A stretch of 64,000 bases of DNA, from NCBI GenBank assembly GCA_963751275.1, contig CAVVTZ010000007.1:544001-608000 (forward strand). Direction: 5' to 3'. Positions 46,064 through 56,652 of this stretch are shown in pieces; position 1 is the first letter of the stretch, and each line of letters starts with the position of its first letter. Position numbers and translations under genes: made by a program. The notes under the pieces are model-generated. The model was not told where the DNA came from. It was given only the letters and a program-made list of their open reading frames with translations, and did no database searches. The DNA comes from an uncultured Gemmatimonadaceae bacterium. Its GTDB lineage: Bacteria > Gemmatimonadota > Gemmatimonadetes > Gemmatimonadales > Gemmatimonadaceae.

Positions 46064-47040
46064 GCGCGCGGCGCTCGAAGAAGGATGCCGTTGCCGGCGA
46101 CAGTCGACAGTCGACAGTCGACGTCCGTAGTCCGGTCCTGGATTATCTGACGTACCTGGAAAAGGAACGTCAGGACTCCGCCCACACGGTGAAAGCGTAT
46201 ACGAGAGACCTCGAGGAATTCGTCGCCTTTCTCGGCAACTACTACGGCGCCGAGCCGTGGTCCTTCGAGGGACTCGACCGCCTCGCCATCCGCGGCTATC
46301 TCGGCCACCTCACCCGCCGCGGACTCGGTAAGCGCTCCATCGCGCGTTCGCTCTCGGCCGTGCGTTCGTTCTACAAGTGGATGCACCACGCCGAGCGCGT
46401 CGAGTCCAACCCCGCGCGCGGCGTCGCGAGCCCCAAGCAGGACAAGTATCTCCCGGCCTATCTCGACCGCGCGCAGATCGATCTCCTTTTCGAATCCGCG
46501 CAACTGCGCGCGCAGGACGGACGCTTCGAGAGCGCACGCGATCTCGCGATCCTCGAGCTGTTCTACTCGACGGGCATGCGTCTCTCGGAGCTCGCGGGCA
46601 TCAACCGCGCCGATCTCGATCTCGTCGCGCAGGTGGTTAAGGTGCGCGGCAAGGGGCGCAAGGAGCGGATCGTCCCCGTGGGCGACCACGCCCAACTCGC
46701 GCTCCGCAATTACGAGGGCAAGCGCGAGGAACTCACCAAGCGCCTCGGCGCGCGCTCGGAGCGCTACGCCTATTTCCTCGCGCGCACCGGCCGCCGCATC
46801 GCGCCGCGCACCGTGCAGCAGTTGGTCTCCAAATTCCTGAACGCGATCGACGAAGACGCCGGCCTGTCCGTCCACTCGCTGCGCCACACGTTCGCGACGC
46901 ACTTGCTCGATGCCGGCGCCGACCTCCGTGCCGTCCAGGAATTGCTCGGCCACTCCTCGATCAGCACGACGCAGATCTACACGCACACCAGCGTGGAGCG
47001 CCTGAAAGAGGTGTACAAGAAGTCTCACCCGAGAGCCTGA
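46060..47040 (+). CDS. xerC: Tyrosine recombinase XerC
   Basis: RDLAILELFYSTGMRLSE, GKGRKER, HSLRHTFATH, LLGHSSISTTQIYTH. Syntenic between trmFO and hslV. Confidence 0.93.
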   Translation: MSARRSKKDAVAGDSRQSTVDVRSPVLDYLTYLEKERQDSAHTVKAYTRDLEEFVAFLGNYYGAEPWSFEGLDRLAIRGYLGHLTRRGLGKRSIARSLSAVRSFYKWMHHAERVESNPARGVASPKQDKYLPAYLDRAQIDLLFESAQLRAQDGRFESARDLAILELFYSTGMRLSELAGINRADLDLVAQVVKVRGKGRKERIVPVGDHAQLALRNYEGKREELTKRLGARSERYAYFLARTGRRIAPRTVQQLVSKFLNAIDEDAGLSVHSLRHTFATHLLDAGADLRAVQELLGHSSISTTQIYTHTSVERLKEVYKKSHPRA

Positions 47041-47042
47041 TA

Positions 47043-47158
47043 CAACGGCAACGGCTTTTGACAGGATTCACATGATGGACATGATGCAGCACTGCGGTCG
47101 GGACCGCAGTGTTGCATCATGTCCATCATGTGAATCCTGTCAAAAGCCGTTGCCGTTG
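47043..47158. repeat. 116-bp near-perfect palindrome (REP-like), copy 1
   Basis: 57-bp arms CAACGGCAACGGCTTTTGACAGGATTCACATGATGGACATGATGCAGCACTGCGGTC / complement, with one G:T mismatch and a 2-nt centre. Confidence 0.92.
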
Positions 47159-47196
47159 CCGAGCGCCGACCCCCGCGATGACGTTATCTTGAGCGC

Positions 47197-47731
47197 ATGG
47201 AACGCCCTCACGCGACAACCATCCTCGCCGCGCGACGCGATGGCAAAGTCGCCATCGCCGGCGATGGCCAGGTCACCGTCGGCGACACGGTGATGAAGGC
47301 CAACGCGCAGAAGGTGCGCGCGCTGCGCGGCGGCAAGGTGCTCGCCGGGTTTCGCCGGCGCCGCGGCCGATGCGTTCACGCTCTTCGAGAAGTTCGAGGA
47401 GAAGCTCGAGCGCTACCCCGAGAATCTCCCGCGCGCCTCGGTGGAGCTCGCGAAGGACTGGCGCAGCGACCGCGTGCTCCGCCGCCTCGAAGCGCTGCTC
47501 GCCGTGGTGGACAGGCAGCATGGCTTCGTGATCTCCGGCACCGGCGACATCATCGAACCCGACGATGGCATTCTCGCGATCGGGTCCGGCGGTCCCTACG
47601 CCCTCGCCGCCGCGCGCGCTCTCATGGCGAACTCCCAGCTCGCCGCCCCCGAGCTCGTGCGCTCCGCGCTCGAGATCGCCGCCGACATCTGCATCTACAC
47701 CAACCGGAACATCACGGTGCTCGAGCTCTGA
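47197..47731 (+). CDS. hslV: ATP-dependent protease subunit HslV (apparent frameshift near 47348)
   Basis: [35 protein letters not shown] and ICIYTN lie in the shifted frame. Confidence 0.93.
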
Positions 47732-47756
47732 GCTCGGCGCGTCGATGAGAGACTGA

Positions 47757-49223
47757 ATGCCGTCCAAACGCACCCAGCAGGCCATCGCGCGTCTCGCGGA
47801 TCTGACGCCGCGCCAGATCGTCGCCGAACTCGACCGCTACATCGTGGGACAGAGCGACGCGAAGAAGGCCGTCGCCATCGCGCTCCGCAACCGCTGGCGC
47901 CGCCAGCAGGCGCCCGACGCGATCCGCGAAGAGATCGCGCCGAACAACATCATCCTCATCGGCCCCACCGGCGTCGGCAAGACCGAGATCGCGCGCCGCC
48001 TCGCGAAACTCTCGAGCGCGCCCTTCATCAAGGTGGAGGCCTCCAAGTTCACCGAGGTCGGCTATGTCGGCCGCGACGTGGAATCGATGGTGCGCGATCT
48101 CGTCGAGAGCGCCATCGACATGGTGCGCACCGAGCGCGAGAACGAAGTGGAGGATCTCGCCTACGAGCGCACCGACGAGCGCATCCTCGACCTGCTCCTG
48201 CCCAAGCCCGTCGAGAACGCGCCGCCTGAGAACGCGCCTTCCGCCGGCGACCGCCCCGCCACCGGGCCCGCGCTCTTCGTCGTGTCTTCGAGCGGCACGG
48301 TGAACAAGGAGAACGCCCCCGATCCCGCCGCTGAACGCCACCACCGCACGCGCGAGAAGCTCCGCCAACTTCTGGTGGACGGCCAGCTCGAGGAGCGCGA
48401 GGTGGAAGTCGAGATCACCCAGCCGTCGGGGCCAATGGTCGAGATGCTCGTGCCGCAGGGCGCACCGGAAGGGATGGGCAACTTCGGCGAGATGCTGCAG
48501 GAGATGATGCCCAAGCGCACGAAGAAGCGCACGGTGAAGGTCGCCGAGGCGCGCCGCATTCTGATGGACCAGGAACTCGAGAAGCTGATCGACGCCGAGG
48601 ACGTCACCACCGACGCGCTCGAACGCGTGGAGAAGATGGGGATCATCTTCCTCGACGAGATCGACAAGATCGCCGGCGAGCGCGCCGCGACCGGCGGACC
48701 CGACGTCTCGCGCGAAGGCGTGCAGCGTGATCTCCTGCCGATCGTCGAAGGCTCCAACGTGCAAACGAAGTACGGCATGGTGAAGACCGACCACGTGCTC
48801 TTCATCGCCGCCGGCGCCTTCCACGTGTCGAAGCCCAGCGACCTGATCCCCGAACTCCAGGGACGCTTCCCCATTCGCGTGGAACTCACGCACCTCACCG
48901 AGGGGGATTTCGTCCGCATCATGACCGAGCCCGAGAACGCGCTCACGCGCCAGTACGCCGCGCTCGTGGAGAGCGAGGGCGCGAAGCTCGCGTTCACCCC
49001 CGACGGGATCGCCGAGGTCGCGCGCATCGCCGCGCAGGTGAACGACCGCATGGAGAACATCGGCGCGCGCCGGCTGCACACCGTGATGTCCACGCTGCTC
49101 GAGGATGTGCTCTACGAGCTCCCCGACCGCGGCAAGGACCCGATCACCGTGAACGCCGCCATGGTCCGCGACCGGCTGAAGCGCATCTCCGAGGACGAAG
49201 ACCTGCGCAAGTACATCCTCTAG
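47757..49223 (+). CDS. hslU: ATP-dependent protease ATPase subunit HslU
   Basis: [59 protein letters not shown]-terminal YIL. Confidence 0.97.
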   Translation: MPSKRTQQAIARLADLTPRQIVAELDRYIVGQSDAKKAVAIALRNRWRRQQAPDAIREEIAPNNIILIGPTGVGKTEIARRLAKLSSAPFIKVEASKFTEVGYVGRDVESMVRDLVESAIDMVRTERENEVEDLAYERTDERILDLLLPKPVENAPPENAPSAGDRPATGPALFVVSSSGTVNKENAPDPAAERHHRTREKLRQLLVDGQLEEREVEVEITQPSGPMVEMLVPQGAPEGMGNFGEMLQEMMPKRTKKRTVKVAEARRILMDQELEKLIDAEDVTTDALERVEKMGIIFLDEIDKIAGERAATGGPDVSREGVQRDLLPIVEGSNVQTKYGMVKTDHVLFIAAGAFHVSKPSDLIPELQGRFPIRVELTHLTEGDFVRIMTEPENALTRQYAALVESEGAKLAFTPDGIAEVARIAAQVNDRMENIGARRLHTVMSTLLEDVLYELPDRGKDPITVNAAMVRDRLKRISEDEDLRKYIL

Positions 49224-49228
49224 CGACA

Positions 49229-49328
49229 GCGAACTGCCTTTGACAGGATGAACATGATGGACATGATGAACGGCGGTGAACCGCCGTTCATCATGTCCAT
49301 CATGTTCATCCTGTCAAAAGCAGTTCGC
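49229..49328. repeat. 100-bp near-perfect palindrome (REP-like), copy 2
   Basis: Arms GCGAACTGCCTTTGACAGGATGAACATGATGGACATGATGAACGGCGGT / complement, with one mismatch. Shares the core TTTGACAGGAT..ACATGATGGACATGATG with copy 1. Confidence 0.92.
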
Positions 49329-49381
49329 CGTGAGCCGACCCGACCGGGCCCTCAGTCGCGCGTCCCGATCCCGCCGAACTT

Positions 49382-49972
49382 CTAGAACCCGATCCCGACC
49401 ACGAGCGGCATGATGAACGAGGGTGCGTTCGTTCCATGGTAGAACGTGGTGTACATCACCTGCACCTCGCCGTACAGCCGCGCGACCCCGATGTTGAAGT
49501 TCATCCCGATGCCCCCGCCGGCACCGAGGCCGGTGGCCAGGTACTGCTGCCGCGACGCGGCCGTCACCGGATCGCCGAGCGCCGCGGAAGACACCGCGAA
49601 TCTCGACTGGTAGAGACCCACCGTCGCGACGAGATACGGCGCTTGATCGGCATCGAACACATTGAATCGCGCGCCCACGCTCGTGCCCACGAGTTGATTC
49701 GTGGCGGTGGTCGCCGGGCAGATCGCCAAGCAGCCGCCGGGCACCGGTACGCCGTAGCTGCCCGTTCCGTAATACTGCACCAGATACCGGATCTGGAAGC
49801 GGTCGTCCGGCAGGTTGAACGCGACGCCGGCCTGCGCGCCGAACATCATCGGTCCCTGTCCCACCAATCCGCTGGCCGACGCCACGCCCTGCAGGCCCGT
49901 GTCCGTCTGCGCCGCCGCTCCGCCCGCCGCCAGCAACGCCGCCATCGCCGCGAACCCACGCAAGAATCTCAT
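49382..49972 (-). CDS. Small outer-membrane beta-barrel protein
   Basis: Signal peptide [23 protein letters not shown] motif, GAGGGIG strand, terminal VGIGF. Confidence 0.75.
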   Translation of the reverse strand: MRFLRGFAAMAALLAAGGAAAQTDTGLQGVASASGLVGQGPMMFGAQAGVAFNLPDDRFQIRYLVQYYGTGSYGVPVPGGCLAICPATTATNQLVGTSVGARFNVFDADQAPYLVATVGLYQSRFAVSSAALGDPVTAASRQQYLATGLGAGGGIGMNFNIGVARLYGEVQVMYTTFYHGTNAPSFIMPLVVGIGF

Positions 49973-50082
49973 GGTGCCCTCCCCGAAGACTGACACCCGC
50001 TCACCTATCGATGCTCCATACCCCCGCCGAACGCAATAGCTCCGCTGGCGCCCCCACTGAGCCCGCCGCTAACTTCCGCCCC

Positions 50083-51022
<940 letters not shown>

Positions 51023-51048
<26 letters not shown>

Positions 51049-51853
51049 CCGGCGGCGCCGGCGAGGCGCCCGGCGCGTGCCCGGTCTGCGACAGCAATTC
51101 TCTGATCACATAGCCGGCGCCGCCGCGCGCGCGCACCTGATGTGGGGCGGCGTGCACGTAGCGCTGGCAGGCGTTCCGGAAGGCGCTGCCCGAGGGATAG
51201 TCGAGGGCCAGCGCCACGCCGTCGGCGGTGCGCTCCGGATCCTCCAGCAATCTCGCCGCGACGATCAGCCGCCCCCACGCGATCAAGCGCTGCGACGTCG
51301 GGAATCCGGCGGATACCAGCCGTTCCGAGAGGAGCTTCCGGCGGAGCCCCAGCACCGCGGCCAGGTCGTCGGGTTTGAGCTGCTGGTGGGCGCGCGTCAC
51401 GCAGAGCAGCAGCGCATCGCGCACCGTTGGCTTCACATTGGTCAGCGCCGGACGGAGCAGTTCGATCGCGCCGCGCGCCTCGGCCTGGTCGATGATGGCG
51501 CGCAGCCGGCGCGGATCATCGTCCTGGTCGGCGAGCACGAGGCCTTCCATGCCGAAGCGTCCCGCTTCGAACAGGTCGTGCGCGCCGGCGGTGGAAGGCG
51601 AGGTATACAGCACCACCGTGACGCTCGGGAACCGCCGGCGGAGCCGGCGCAGGGCGTCGAAGGAGGCCGTCGTGTCCGTGCCGGGCGCGTCGGGATAGAG
51701 ATCGACGAGCGCCACCGTGACCGCCTTGCGGGCGCATGCGGTGAGCAACTCGTCCCACGAGTCGCAGGACACGAGCCCATGCCGGTCGCGCAGCGCGGCG
51801 CGCACCCGCTCGCGTCTGATCGGGGCGGGCAGGAGCGTGGCGACAAGTCCCAT
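51023..51853 (-). CDS. AraC-like HTH regulator with atypical receiver-like N-terminal domain
   Basis: [24 protein letters not shown] (receiver-like), and [32 protein letters not shown] (AraC second HTH). Confidence 0.78.
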
Positions 51854-52097
51854 GGGGTCCTCGGTTTCGTGCGTCGGCCTGCGGCGTGACAGTGGGCACA
51901 GTGGATGCGTCCCTGACAAAGGGAAGATGACTGGCGCCTCATACTGGTCACGATTGCCATGCTGATTGCCGGCGCAAATCACCCTGGCAATGACTCTCGA
52001 GATAGGTTATGCAATAATGTTGCGACAGTGCAATTCATTGCATATGGTTTGGCGCTGTTGGTAATTATAACTCCTTTTAATGCAAACAGTTACGTCG

Positions 52098-52113
52098 CGG
52101 CATGGTAACTGCT
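52098..52113 (+). promoter_or_regulatory. Putative sigma-54 (-24/-12) promoter of the second minor-pilin operon
   Basis: CGGCATGGTAACTGCT has exact GG-N10-GC spacing (consensus TGGCACG-N4-TTGCW). It lies in an AT-rich stretch with an IHF-like CAA-N4-TTA at 52083-52092. Confidence 0.65.
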
Positions 52114-52255
52114 TATATCATTGGTGTCTCCCGTCACATGTGGCTGGATGGGTGTGCGATGGGGACGTGCGACGGTCGGTAGTTCCGACCGCAAGATTTG
52201 GACAGGACGCGTGACCGCGCGGGAGGCTCAGCGCGGACGACCACCAGAGGAATCC

Positions 52256-52843
52256 GTGAACGCTCGTAGAATTGCGCTGCGCGTGACACCCGCGAACCGG
52301 ACCGGCTACACGGCGATCGAGCTGATCATCGTGCTGGTGATCATCGGCATCATCGCGGCGTTCGCCTATCCCCGCGTGAATTTCACGCAATTCCAAGTGG
52401 ACGCGGCCTCGCGCCAGATCCGCATGGTGCTGCAGAATGCGCAGCGCCTCGCGGTCACGCGCCAGTACAACGTGGTGGTCAGCTTCGACGCTGTGAACAA
52501 CAAGGTGCGCACGCTCGAGGACAACAACAGCGACAACTCGTACACCGCGGGCGAGCGCGTCACCTGGTCCACGCTCGAGGATTCCGTGCATTTCGCCATT
52601 CCGCCCGTGGGCGTGAACGGCGCGGTGTCCGGCTCGATCGTGGGTGCCTCGCTGACCACGGTGGACGGCCTGCCCAGCATCATCTTCCGCCGCGACGGCG
52701 CGGGCAGCAGCGATCTCGAACTCTACCTGACCTCGCGCCGGGCCTCCGCCAACGACTGGCGCGGGATCACGGTCATTCAGTCCACCGGACGCACCGACTG
52801 GTTCAAGTACATCGGAGCGGCCTGGAAGCCGGGGAACCTATGA
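52256..52843 (+). CDS. Minor pilin, FimT/FimU (GspH)-like
   Basis: AGAGGA RBS then GTG. G|YTAIELIIVLVIIGII, LQNAQRLAV, IIFRRDG, STGR. Confidence 0.85.
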   Translation: MNARRIALRVTPANRTGYTAIELIIVLVIIGIIAAFAYPRVNFTQFQVDAASRQIRMVLQNAQRLAVTRQYNVVVSFDAVNNKVRTLEDNNSDNSYTAGERVTWSTLEDSVHFAIPPVGVNGAVSGSIVGASLTTVDGLPSIIFRRDGAGSSDLELYLTSRRASANDWRGITVIQSTGRTDWFKYIGAAWKPGNL

Positions 52844-53247
52844 ACTCGAACGTCTCGCAGAAGCCCGCCGCCCGCCGCCTTCGCCGCGGCATGACGCTCA
52901 TGGAAGTCATGGTGGCCATGGTGATCCTCACGGGCGCGCTGCTCGGCATGGGGCGCTTCATCACCAGCTTCCAGCATTCCACGAGCAACAACTCCTTGAG
53001 CTCGACCGCGACCGACCTGGTGGTCGACCGCCTGGAGACGATCAAGGCGAGCACGTCCTATGCGACCCTCACCGCCACGTATGCGGCGACCGAAGGCACG
53101 ATCGCGGGCTATCCGGGCTATACGCGCGTGACCCAGGTGCTCCGCACCAACGACGCGACCACCGACTACACCGCCGTCACGGTCACCGTATCGCATCCCA
53201 GTCTGAGCAAGCCGGTGAAGAAGACCACCATCATCGCCGCCTTCTGA
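52840..53247 (+). CDS. Minor pilin, PilV-like
   Basis: RRG|MTLMEVMVAMVIL, DRLETIK, VTVTVS. Confidence 0.85.
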   Translation: MNSNVSQKPAARRLRRGMTLMEVMVAMVILTGALLGMGRFITSFQHSTSNNSLSSTATDLVVDRLETIKASTSYATLTATYAATEGTIAGYPGYTRVTQVLRTNDATTDYTAVTVTVSHPSLSKPVKKTTIIAAF

Positions 53248-53258
53248 GGAATATCTCG

Positions 53259-54420
53259 ATGAATCCGCGCAGCCTCCTCTCCGCCCGCCGTGGTGTGACG
53301 CTCATCGAGCTGATGATCGCGCTCTTCCTGTTCGTCATGGTCTTCGGCCTCGCGGTGCCTTTCTTCCGCTTCCAGGCCCGCTCGGTGAGCACCAGCTCGG
53401 GCCGCCAGGACGCGCTCCAGAACGCGCGGTTCGCGCAGAACGCGATCGACCGCGACCTCCGCATCGCCGGCATCGGCATCGTTGCGGAGCAGCCGCTCAT
53501 CGTGCAGGCCGACCGGATGGCGATCACCTTCAATGCCGACCTCGCCACGACCGACTCATCGGACGCGAGCTCGATCTACTACGATCCGACGCTCGATTCG
53601 CTCTCGGTGACCAGCATGACCACCGCGGCCAAGCAGCAACTCGCGTACAGCGCCTGGAACTATCCCGACTCGAACTACTACGCGAACTCGATCCCGAGCC
53701 GCGCCGAGACGGTGCAGTATTGGGCATCGCTCGACAGCTCGTCGGGCCGCTCGGACCAGTACGTCATCTGGCGCCGGGTGAACACCCAGACGCCGCGTCT
53801 GGTCGCCAAGGACATCATCATTCCCGCCGGCCAGTTCCTGTTCAGCTACTACCGCGTCGACTCCGCCGGGAATCTCGACTCGGTCCCCTCGGCGCAATAT
53901 CCGCTCCTGCACTCCGCGCCGATCCACGGGTCCACCGTGGACACCGGCAAGAGCGCGTGGACGGATTCGCTCCGCGTGGTGCGCATCCACGCGTGGGGCC
54001 TGTTCAAGGATCCCAGCAAGGGCGACATCATCCGCAAGGTCGAGAGTTCCACCAAGCTGATCAACGCGGGCATGGTGCGCGCCACGATGTGCGGCGATGC
54101 GCCGCTGCCGGTGACCGGCCTGACCGCCACGGCGCTCCCGGTCGGCGGCCCGCCGTACAACAAGGTCCGCCTGCAGTGGAACGCTTCGGTGGACCAGGAC
54201 AACGGCGAGAAGGACGTCGAGCGGTACATGGTGTTCAAGAAACTTCAGACCGACTCTGATTGGGGCGAGCCCGTCGCGGACGTCGCGGCGAGCGGCGCCA
54301 CGTTCACGCTCGATGACACGTCGCTCTCGATCCGGCGTCTGGGTATGGGCGGTGGTCGCACAGGACTGCACGCCGGCCAACTCGACGCTCGTCCAAGCCG
54401 GCCCCATCACCCTTCCGTAG
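53259..54420 (+). CDS. Minor pilin, PilW-like with C-terminal FN3-like domain (apparent frameshift near 54335)
   Basis: RRG|VTLIELMIAL, QNAR..IDRDLRIAG. PVTGLTA..VRLQWNAS..Y (FN3-like). The shifted frame ends WAVVAQDCTPANSTLVQAGPITLP* at 54420. Confidence 0.82.
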
Positions 54421-54435
54421 GAACAGGAACCGACC

Positions 54436-56425
54436 ATGCCTCGCTTCCCCCGCGCTCACGCCGGCCGCCGACATCGTCGCGGTTCCGCGCTGGTCCTCGT
54501 GCTCCTCATGACGGTGACGCTCGCGGCGGTAGCCATGTCCGCGATCCTGCTCACCGGCAGCGGCAAGATGCTCACCAAGTACTATGACCGCGAGCGCGAG
54601 TTCCGCTACGCGGCCGAGGCGGCGCTCGCCATGGGGAAGGCGCGCATCACGAAGGACACCACGATCCACCTCCCCGACAGCGGTTTCGTGACGCTGGTGT
54701 CGGGCGGCACGATCACCGGCGCCGATGGCCAGACGATCCCGAACGTGCGGGTGAACTTGTACGCCGGCAAGACCGGTAACACCACCGGCCAGTTCGGACA
54801 GTTCGCCAGCCTCATCGCCGAGGCCTATGACGCCGGCGGCACGCACTACGTGCGCCGCCTCGAGCTCGAGGCCTCGAACTTCGCGCGCTACGCGATGTTC
54901 ACCAACGTGTTCCCGGGCGTCTGCTACAGCACCGGCGAGTTCATCAGAGGGCGTGCGCACAGCAATCAGGGGTGGAACAACTGCGGCTCGCCCACTTACT
55001 ACGACACGGTCTCGGCGGTGACGTCGGTCACCGTGAGCAGCGCGGTGTTCAAGAAGGGCTACATCAACGGCGCCAAGGTCGATCCCGATCCCGTCGGTCG
55101 CGCAGCTCGCGAATCTGCACACCAACGCGGTGGCCGGGAATCTGGACGTCGTGCCGCTCGGCACCTCGCTCGCGAATCTCCGGACCCGCATCGAATTCGT
55201 CGCGATCGACCTCGACAACGACGGCCTCATCACCGGCCCGGCGGAAGGCTTCTTCCGCGTCTACAACTCGAACCGCACCGACCGCCTGCGCGTGACGCCC
55301 ATCCAGTACAGCGGCGGCATCAACTCGCCGCCCGACAGCCTCTGCGGCGACTGGCACATCGACTCGACCAACGTCCCGCGCCGCCTCGTATTCTACCCCA
55401 CCGCCACGCACAACCAGGCGTGGATGTGGGCGCGCTTCGCCGGCAGTCCGCCGGCCGACACCTTCAACACCACGCTGGCCACGTTGAACAAGCGCGACGC
55501 GATCATGGCGAATCCGAACGGATTCCGCTGCTACAGCGCGGGCGACCCCCATCTCGTGGCGTTCGAGCGCAAGTTGAAACTCTCGCTCCCGTCACCGGTC
55601 GCCGCCGACTACCAGAAGGGCGGCGAAGACACCACGTGGACCGACAGCACCAGCTACGGCTGGTGGGTCAAGTGGCCCGGCGCCACGGGCAACACGGTCA
55701 CGGCGCTCTCGAGCATGAGCGGCGGGAACAAGTATGTGAACTATCAGGCCCAGGCGACGCGTCTCTGGCCGCTGTATCGCGGCATCAACACGACGACGAA
55801 GGGCGTCGTCCACGTGCACGGCCCCGTGGCGCTTAGCGGCGTACTGCGCGGCAAGATCACGCTGTATGCCGCCACGACCGGCGGCGCCACCGGCACCGTG
55901 CTCTACATCGATGACCTCGTGTATGCGCAGGATCCGGCGGCGGTGCTCTGCGCCAATCTCCTCGGCGTGCTCTCGGACGGCGACCAGATGATCGCCGACA
56001 ATGCGATCAACTCGCCGCAGCAGGCGGGATCGGGAAAATCCTTCCGCTGGACCGATGGCACCGACAACGGGATGCTCACCGCCAACGACTTCGTCTTCCA
56101 CGGCGTGATGATGAGCCGCACGGGCACGATCGGCGTCGAGAACTATGGCTCGCACCCGGAGAACCTGAAGCACTGCAACGGCGCCCCCACGGGCCGCGGA
56201 TGCATCACGCAGGCCGGCGGCGTCATCCAGCAGACGATGTCCGCCACCTACGCGGGCGGCAACACGGGCTACGGCGAGAACCGCAGCGTGGACCAGTGCA
56301 TGCTGCAGATGTCGCCGCCGTACTTCCCCGTTACCGGGCAGTACATCGACAACCGCTTCTACGAGATCGATCCGGGCCGCTTCAACGTCTCGAACATGTT
56401 CTTCAATCTCCAGGGAGGTTTCTAG
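54436..56425 (+). CDS. Large PilX-like pilin/adhesin, paralog 1 (apparent +1 indel near 55081)
   Basis: RRG|SALVLVLL, FRYAAEAAL. Joining ORFs 54436.. and 55130..56425 gives a protein colinear with paralog 2 over its whole length. Confidence 0.82.
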
Positions 56426-56652
56426 CGGCGCCGCTCGGATGCTTCGAGCGCACCACGACGCATTGGCGCAGCTCCCGGGCGCAGCGGGACTCGATCGCAG
56501 GACATTGATGGGCGGCCACCACGCACCAGTCGCGTGTCAGGCCGCTCGTCGTGCTTCCGGAAGGTCGCGATCGAGGAAGTGAAAACTTTCATTACACCGT
56601 GCGACGGATCGTTCCAGTGTGCCGCCGCCGAACTCGCACCACGGGTACTCCC

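Noticed and set aside
47072..47293. ORF MMDMMQHCGRDRSVASCPSCESCQK.. resembling a Cys/Met-rich metal-binding peptide
   Set aside because: It is a translation of the palindromic repeat and overlaps hslV out of frame.
46060..49328. xerC plus palindromes read as an integron (intI/attC) or integrative element carrying hslVU
   Set aside because: topA-trmFO-xerC-hslVU is a conserved housekeeping order. The recombinase shows no IntI-specific insertion, and the palindromes lack attC RYYYAAC/GTTRRRY ends and extrahelical bases.
55075..55095. Frameshift in PilX-like paralog 1 as phase variation or programmed frameshifting
   Set aside because: No homopolymer, simple repeat tract or slippery heptamer at the site, and similar indels occur throughout housekeeping genes.
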